Position numbers and translations under genes: made by a program | Assembly (NCBI GenBank): GCA_048938895.1 | Contig: JBHLLU010000075.1 | Coordinates: 1 to 16,220 of the forward strand | Direction of reading: 5' to 3' | Origin: Promethearchaeota archaeon | GTDB lineage: Archaea; Asgardarchaeota; Lokiarchaeia; Sigyniarchaeales; SOKP01 | DNA length: 16,220 nucleotides | Part shown: piece by piece, positions 8,847 through 16,220 of the stretch | How the letters are laid out: each line of letters starts with the position of its first letter | Numbering within the stretch: position 1 is the stretch's first letter | The notes under the pieces: generated by a model | What the model saw: only the letters and a program-made list of their open reading frames with translations | What the model was told of the DNA's origin: nothing | Database searches by the model: none

Positions 8847-11800
8847 ATGAGTTATACGTTCTCACGAACCAAAATGATTGAAAAAATCAAGTTTGGCTTG
8901 CTTAGTCCTGATGAAATACGAAAAATGTCTGCAGCTCGTATTATAACCGCTGACACGTATGATGAGGATGGTTTACCAATTCCTTCTGGTCTTATGGACC
9001 AACGGCTTGGAACGATTGAGCCGGGACAACGTTGCCAAACTTGCGGTAATCTTGTATCGAATTGTATGGGGCATTTTGGGCATATAGATGGTATTCTGGT
9101 TAATTTAATTAGCCAGATCTGAGGTCTGATCACTCAGAACAAAGATATCCTCAGTTCGAGGAACCAGTATAAAACTCGCCCGCCCCGTCATTCATGTAGG
9201 GTATGCAAAAAAAGTTTTAAAGGTATTGCGTAGTATATGTCCGGAATGCTCTCGTTTAATGCTCACAGAAGAAGAAAAGGATAAGTTTAGGCAAGAGCAA
9301 ATCAAACACAGAAAAATCTTTTTTGAAGGTGATGAGGATGCTGCGAAAATTGTGTTTAAACGTGCTAGAAAGTCTAAAATCTGCCCATATTGCAGCGCTA
9401 AAAAGAAAAAAATCATTATTGAGAAACCTACTACTTTTTACGAAGAAGAGGAAGGAAAGGGATCTCGTAGACTAACTCCTATTGAGATTTTAGAACGTCT
9501 TAAAAAAATGAGTGATGTTGACCTTAGAATCTTAGGTATATCTCCTGAAAATGCGCGATTAGAATGGGTTATTTTTACCGTACTTCCCATACCTCCGGTA
9601 TGTGCTAGACCGTCTATTACATTAGATAGTGGTATTCGGTCTGAAGATGACTTAACTCATAAACTTGTTGATGTTATACGAATCAATCAAAGGTTAAGAG
9701 AAAATATTGATGCTGGAGCCCCTCATTTAATTGTTGAGGATCTATGGGAATTATTACAATATCATATAACTACTTATTTTGATAATCAAGTTTCTGGTAT
9801 ACCTCCTGCCAGACATCGTTCGGGGAGAGCCCTTAGAACGTTAACTCAGAGGCTAAAAGGTAAAGAAGGAAGGTTTCGAAGTAATCTAAGTGGAAAACGA
9901 GTAGATTTTTCTGCGAGAAGCGTAATTTCACCTAATCCGTATATTAGCATAAACGAGGTTGGCGTTCCTATCGAAATTGCTAAAATTCTAACTATTCCAA
10001 CTAATGTGAATGATTGGAATATTGAAGAAATGAAACAAATGGTTTTGAATGGTCCATTTCGACATCCAGGAGCAAATTACATTATACGAAATGATCGTAG
10101 ACGAATTGACCTTCGTTATGTGAAAAATCGAAAGATTATAGCCGATATGTTGGCTCCAGGATTTACAGTTGAGCGTCATCTAAATGATGGTGATTTAGTT
10201 TTATTTAATCGACAGCCTTCACTGCATAGGATGTCAATCATGGCTCATGAAGTAAAAATTATGGATGGACGAACTTTTCGGCTAAATTTAACAGTATGTC
10301 CCCCTTACAATGCTGATTTTGATGGGGATGAAATGAATTTACATGTACCTCAAAGTGAGGAAGCTCGAACCGAAGCGGAGCTACTTCTAAAAGTTCAAGA
10401 GCACATTTTATCACCTCGTTTTGGAGGACCTATTTTAGGAGGAACTCAGGATTTCATTTCAAGTGTGTTTCAATTCACGAGCAAAGACTCTTTATTTACG
10501 AAAAAAGAAGCATTAAATTTATTTTATATTGGAAGAATATTTGAATATCATCCAGATATTAAATTAGAGGAATTAAACCCAGTAACTACTGATCCAGTTC
10601 CCTTATATTCAGGAAAGGATATATTTAGCAGTTTATTTCCTGACGATTTAAATATCAAAGTAAAATCTAAGTTTTGCAAGAAATGCGATGTCTGTGAAGA
10701 AGAAGATTGCCCTTACGATGCTTATGTGGTAATTAAAAATGGAAAACTCATAACTGGTACAATTGATGAAAACTCCTTTGGAGCTATACAACCAAATAGT
10801 ATTTTAGCACGGATCATCAAAGACCATGGAAATGCACGCGGCAGGCAATTCTTAGACAGTGCTACTAATATGTTATTATATGTAATTAGAAAGAATGGTA
10901 TGACCATGGGTTTAGATGAGGTTTATGTACATGGTCAGGCATATGAAAAAATTAAATCAATCTTAAAAGAAGCAAACCAAGAATCTGATAAATTAATTAA
11001 AGCCTTTTTAGAGAATGATACAGAAATTCTTAAACGAGCTCCTGGTCGTTCAATGAGAGAGACATTGGAATTAAGAATACGTCAGGTGTTAGCAGAAGCT
11101 CGAAAGAAGGCAGAAGAATCAGCCGCTGAATTCATAGGTGACGAAGCACATTCAGTTATAATGACTAAGTCTGGAGCAAGAGGAAATATATTAAATTTAG
11201 GACAGATGTCTGCGGTTGTAGGGCAACAAGCTATAAGGGGTGAAAGAATTAATAGAGGGTATAGTAGTCGAACATTACCTCATTTCAAAGTTAATGATCT
11301 CTCACCAAAATCTAGAGGGTTTGTATCTTCATCTTATCGAAATGGATTAAAACCTGTAGAATTTTTCTTCCATGCTATGGGGGGAAGAGAAGGATTAGTT
11401 GACACTGCTGTAAGAACATCTACAAGTGGATACATGCAACGGAGATTGGTAAATGCGTTACAGGATATGGTTGTAGAAAATGATGGAACAGTCAGAAACT
11501 CAGACAAAAATATTATTCAATTCAAGTTTGGTGATGATGGCATCGATGCAATGCATACTGATCATGGAGCAGCAGTGAATTTAGATGTATTATTATTAAA
11601 AGCTAAAGCACTTGATGTCGATAGTATTCGTAAAGAAATTAAACAAGCACCAGTACCTTCAAAAACTATCACTAAAACAAAAAAGAAAGCTTCTGAAGTT
11701 AAACCAGAAAAAACAGCCCTACCAAAAAAAGAACCTAAGAAAGAAGAAGAACCAAAGCAAAAAGGGGAAAAAGTTGATGAAGATACTTTAATTAAACAGT

Positions 11801-11889
11801 TTGAAGAGGAAATGGGAAAGAATGCTATTTGGAGAGGAAAAGAAACAAAAGCTTATTTAGATTGGAAAGAAGAAAAATTAGGAAATTAA
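8847..11889 (+). CDS. rpoA1: DNA-directed RNA polymerase subunit A' (Rpo1N), two exons: join(8847..9087,9173..11889), 985 aa after splicing
   Basis: Exon 1: [16 protein letters not shown]...GLMDQRLG...CQTCG...CMGHFGHI. Exon 2 continues (E)[10 protein letters not shown]...CPECSR...GKRVDFSAR...NRQPSLH...catalytic NADFDGD...[13 protein letters not shown]...GYMQRRL. The supplied ORFs 8847..9122 and 9226..11889 are two pieces of one gene in different frames; 241+2717 nt = 986 codons including the stop. Confidence 0.93.
9088..9172 (+). other. Candidate bulge-helix-bulge/-loop (tRNA-endonuclease type) intron in rpoA1 mRNA, 85 nt
   Basis: Central 4-bp helix ATAT(9082-85)/GTAT(9167-70); 3-nt bulges AG^A(9086-88) and AA^A(9171-73); intron-closing helix TGGT(9089-92)/ACCA(9163-66). 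Cleavage after the second base of each bulge gives CAT ATA G|AA CTC GCC = H-I-E-L-A. Stops occur at 9120-22 (exon-1 frame) and 9127-29 (exon-2 frame). Confidence 0.85.
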
Positions 11890-11904
11890 AAAATCATAAA
11901 ATAA

Positions 11905-13113
<1,209 letters not shown>

Positions 13114-13192
13114 AACTCCTTTTAAAAAAATAAAATACTAAAAAATTAAATTATTTTTATTACTAATTATATAGACACGATTTGAAAATATC

Positions 13193-13564
13193 ATGGCAAA
13201 GAAGAAAATAAATAACGTTACAGATAAGGTTGATTTAAGCCGTAAGAAAAAGAAGGAATTCGATGTTGATACGAATATTAGAGTAGCATATAAAACAGGA
13301 AAAATAATATATGGGAAAAATAACGTATTGAAATATCTAAGAAATGCCTCCTTTAAGATGATTATTATTGCTAATAATTGTCCAGTAGATTTAGTAAACC
13401 AATTAAATCACTATATTTCTCTTATGAAAGATAAAATGTATATTCATAGGTATAAAGGTTCCAGTTGGGATCTAGGCTTAACATGTGCGAAACCTTATAT
13501 GATCTCAGTAATTGGTATAATAAATGAGGGAGATTCTGACATTTTATCTTTGAGGGCTCGATAA
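13193..13564 (+). CDS. rpl30e: 50S ribosomal protein L30e (eL30)
   Basis: KTGKIIYG...IIIANNCP...YKGSSWDLGLTCAKPY.IS...EGDSDIL; conserved position after rpoA2. Confidence 0.93.
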   Translation: MAKKKINNVTDKVDLSRKKKKEFDVDTNIRVAYKTGKIIYGKNNVLKYLRNASFKMIIIANNCPVDLVNQLNHYISLMKDKMYIHRYKGSSWDLGLTCAKPYMISVIGIINEGDSDILSLRAR

Positions 13565-13583
13565 GATTAATAATATATGCTAA

Positions 13584-14069
13584 ATGGTAGCTATGCTAAA
13601 AAAAAATATTAAAATTGATAGGGAAGCAATGGAACTTATCTCATTGTTTAATAACATTTCAGGAGCTATTATAAAAGATTGCCTAATATTTAAAAACCCA
13701 GAAAATGATTCTGAGGTTATTATATTCCTTGTAAAAGAACAAGATGTGGGGAAAGCAATTGGAAAAGCAGGTGAACATGTTAAAGATTTAAAATCAAAAC
13801 TCAATAAAAAAATTGATGTTATTGCTTTTTCAGAAAGTCTTCAAAAATTTATACAGAATATACTTCAAACCACTAAAAACTCAATTATCGTTCAAAATAT
13901 AGAGATAAAAGAGAGCAGAAATTTCAAAAAAACAGTGATTATTACTGTTAGACCTCAAGATCGCGGAAAAGCGATTGGGAAAGATGGATCAATGATCAGA
14001 AAAATAAAAGTACTTGTTTTAAGGTATTTTGAGGTCGACAATGTAATAATCAATACTAAAAATATCTAA
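13584..14069 (+). CDS. nusA: Archaeal transcription elongation factor NusA (two KH domains)
   Basis: Two GKAIGK.G KH motifs; conserved position after rpl30e. The start could be the ATG at 13593. Confidence 0.93.
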   Translation: MVAMLKKNIKIDREAMELISLFNNISGAIIKDCLIFKNPENDSEVIIFLVKEQDVGKAIGKAGEHVKDLKSKLNKKIDVIAFSESLQKFIQNILQTTKNSIIVQNIEIKESRNFKKTVIITVRPQDRGKAIGKDGSMIRKIKVLVLRYFEVDNVIINTKNI

Positions 14070-14175
14070 AGTTTCTGAATTTTCCATTCTAATCCCAAAT
14101 CCTTTTAATTACGCCATGCTCTACTTATTATTAAAAACGATAGTTATATCTTTCTTTACATAACTGAAAGTTGGA

Positions 14176-15435
14176 TTGGTAGTTATTATGTCATCTAAGC
14201 TCTATAATGAGCAAGCAGCAATTAATCATATAAACACATTAGCTTTCAACCGTCATGCATCAACAGAAGGAGAGACAAAATGTCTTAATTATATTTCTCA
14301 GGAATTGAAGAAGGAAAATATATCTCCTACAATCGAACCTTTTGAATGGTCTAATACGTTATCAATTGTGATGAAGCTTTTTTTTTCCTACCTCTTTTTA
14401 CTAATACTTACAGAACAAATTTTATTACTCTTCCCTAAGCTTACATGGATTGTACTTATTCTAAATGTGTTATTTTTTGCGATAATTTATCTAGGGGGGA
14501 AATATCTTTTTAGTAGCACTCAAGTAAGGTTCATCGGTAAGAAAAAAGAGGCTAAAAATCTAATTTTAACCATTCAATGCAAAGATCTCCATCCTAAACG
14601 CCCAGTCATAATTTTCACAGCTCATCATGACACTGCTTCAATTCGATATTCGATGACAATGACTAAGTATTTATACCTAATAGAAGCTTTACTTTTACTC
14701 GTTTTTATTATTTTAACCTTCATTATTTCAATCTGGTCTCTTTTAGTTTTATTTTCAAATTCTCAACTTAACGATACTTACTGCTTGATTAGAAATATAA
14801 TTTTAATTATAGGGACTATTGAATTGATTTTAATATTAGTATCTTTAGGTAACAATAAATCGGATAAATCTATAGGTTCAATTGATAACGCCAGTGGAGT
14901 AGCAGTTCTATTGGAATTAGCTAAATTAGTGAAAAAAGAACCTTTGCAGAAGACTGATGTAATCTTTCTATGGTGCGGAGCTGAGGAACGAGGTTTATGG
15001 GGTTCTAAACAATTTTGTAAGACCCATTATGAAGAACTAATTAATGATTACGATATGGATAAATCCTATAATATAAACATCGATATGATAGGTGCTTATG
15101 TAGGCCTTTTAGATAAAATAGGTTTATTTAAGAAAAGGAATTTAAATAAAAATCTTAATAGCGTTTTGGAAGCATCAGCAACCCAACAGAAAATGACTCT
15201 TAAAAAAGAATGGAATAAAATTGGAGCGGGTTCAAGTGATCACCTTTCATTTCGTGCATATTCCAAAAAACATGAAAATAAGGAGTTTCAGGTTACCTCT
15301 TTCAGCTCTGATGATGATGTGAAATTTATACATTCAAAACGAGATACTCCCGACAAATGTTCTGCTGAAAAGCTTAATGATTGTATTGAGATTTGTTATA
15401 ATGCAATAAAAAGTCTTGATTTAAGGGTGGAATGA
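14176..15435 (+). CDS. Membrane-embedded M28-family zinc metallopeptidase
   Basis: AHHD, DNASG, GAEERGL, NIDMIG, SSDH and IHSKRD motifs, with two pairs of hydrophobic helices inserted. The likely true start is ATG 14188. Confidence 0.85.
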   Translation: MVVIMSSKLYNEQAAINHINTLAFNRHASTEGETKCLNYISQELKKENISPTIEPFEWSNTLSIVMKLFFSYLFLLILTEQILLLFPKLTWIVLILNVLFFAIIYLGGKYLFSSTQVRFIGKKKEAKNLILTIQCKDLHPKRPVIIFTAHHDTASIRYSMTMTKYLYLIEALLLLVFIILTFIISIWSLLVLFSNSQLNDTYCLIRNIILIIGTIELILILVSLGNNKSDKSIGSIDNASGVAVLLELAKLVKKEPLQKTDVIFLWCGAEERGLWGSKQFCKTHYEELINDYDMDKSYNINIDMIGAYVGLLDKIGLFKKRNLNKNLNSVLEASATQQKMTLKKEWNKIGAGSSDHLSFRAYSKKHENKEFQVTSFSSDDDVKFIHSKRDTPDKCSAEKLNDCIEICYNAIKSLDLRVE

Positions 15436-15562
15436 GATTTCCTTATTTTCCCTCTTTATATTATGAGAAAAACTAGCATTAAATTAGTTCACATCCATAA
15501 ATTTTAAGTTCTAGGATATATTTTTTAACCCTATACAAAATTATATTTTGGTGACTAAATAA

Positions 15563-15991
15563 GTGCCAAAAGGACTATATGCTGCCAGAAAATTAAAAGC
15601 AAATAGAAAAAAGTTTAAATGGTCAAAGACCAAATATAAGAGAAGGAAACTCAAATTAAAACAGAAAGTTGATCCTTTGGAAGGAAGTCCTCAAGCTTTA
15701 GGAATTGTCCTTCAGAAAGTCGGTCGAGAGAGTAAACAGCCTAATTCAGCAATAAGAAAGTGTGTAAGAGTTCAACTAAAGAAAAACGGAAAAGGTGTAA
15801 CTGCTTTTCTTCCAGGAGACGGTGCGCTAAACTTCATCGAGGAGCATGATAGAGTCGTCGTTGAAGGAATCGGGGGTGCCAAGGGAAGATCAATAGGGGA
15901 TCTTCCAGGAGTGAGATATAAAGTTGTTAAGGTAAATGGAGTAAGTTTAGATGCGTTGATCAGTGGACGTAAAGAAAAGCCATTGCGCTAA
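15563..15991 (+). CDS. rps12: 30S ribosomal protein S12 (uS12, archaeal/eukaryotic S23 type)
   Basis: GLYAARKL...[15 protein letters not shown]...[10 protein letters not shown]; GTG start preceded by GGTGA. Confidence 0.97.
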   Translation: MPKGLYAARKLKANRKKFKWSKTKYKRRKLKLKQKVDPLEGSPQALGIVLQKVGRESKQPNSAIRKCVRVQLKKNGKGVTAFLPGDGALNFIEEHDRVVVEGIGGAKGRSIGDLPGVRYKVVKVNGVSLDALISGRKEKPLR

Positions 15992-16005
15992 TGAGGTTAT
16001 CAAAC

Positions 16006-16220
16006 ATGAGTAAAGTCAAAACTGAAATAAAATTCTTTAATAAATGGTCCTTTGATAATATAACTGTAAGCGATCAAACTTTAGAAAAATATATTAATTT
16101 AAAACCGATTATTATCCCTCATTCTGCTGGAAGGCATGAACATAGACGATTTTGGAAATCTTCTAAAGTATCAATTATCGAACGTTTTACAAATAGATTA
16201 CTTTCTCCTGGATTTATTGG
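16006..16220 (+). CDS. rps7: 30S ribosomal protein S7 (uS7), partial, runs off the right edge
   Basis: Read manually: MSKVKTEIKFFNKWSFDNITVSDQTLEKYINLKPIIIPHSAGRHEHRRFWKSSKVSIIERFTNRL; GAGGT SD at 15993-15997; follows rps12. Confidence 0.92.
   Translation, partial: MSKVKTEIKFFNKWSFDNITVSDQTLEKYINLKPIIIPHSAGRHEHRRFWKSSKVSIIERFTNRLLSPGFI

Noticed and set aside
9119-9165. Hammerhead ribozyme, C/D box RNA or tRNA within the insert (CTGA x2, GTTCGA)
   Set aside because: No CUGANGA/GAAA core, no recognisable RUGAUGA C box, and no 7-bp acceptor stem or 7-nt T-loop. It is also far too short for a group I or II intron.
9091-9167. Spliceosomal-style GT...AG intron within the rpoA1 insert
   Set aside because: GT 9091..AG 9167 is 77 nt and does not restore the frame. 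AG ends at 9154 or 9160 restore the frame but leave several extra residues inside the conserved GHIEL motif. The BHB cut sites give the exact motif.
9083-9171. MITE/IS scar with TATA target-site duplication (9083-86 and 9168-71)
   Set aside because: The inverted repeat is not terminal, no transposase is in the window, and the implied empty site would read HIKL instead of the conserved HIEL. An unspliced insertion would also inactivate an essential gene. The TATA repeat largely follows from the near-palindromic BHB central helix.
9087-9175. Programmed frameshift, intein, or genuinely split A' (91-aa plus 887-aa proteins)
   Set aside because: The insert is 85 nt (not a multiple of 3) with stops in both frames and no intein motifs. 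The conserved [10 protein letters not shown] segment lies upstream of the TTG at 9226 with no start codon of its own. Translational bypassing cannot be excluded from sequence alone but is less parsimonious than the exact BHB match.

Overview
AT-rich archaeal chromosome segment, most likely from an Asgard archaeon (Lokiarchaeia-like). This is inferred from the split RNA polymerase A'/A'' genes, the archaeal rpl30e-nusA-rps12-rps7 cluster and a Rab-like small GTPase. The left half holds metabolic and accessory genes: a partial Cys-rich Fe-S protein, a DinB-family protein, a metallophosphoesterase, a Rab-like GTPase, a divergent IlvC, an EamA transporter, an NDP-forming acyl-CoA synthetase alpha-like subunit, a zinc-ribbon membrane protein and hypotheticals. 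The right half is the core transcription/translation cluster rpoA1-rpoA2-rpl30e-nusA-(M28 peptidase)-rps12-rps7. The main discovery is that the essential rpoA1 gene is broken by an 85-nt structured insert (9088-9172) with stops in both relevant frames. Its ends fold into a bulge-helix-bulge(-like) motif. Cutting at the canonical tRNA-splicing-endonuclease positions exactly restores the conserved GHFGHI-E-LARPV sequence and a 985-aa ORF. It is therefore a candidate BHB-type mRNA intron in the largest RNA polymerase subunit.
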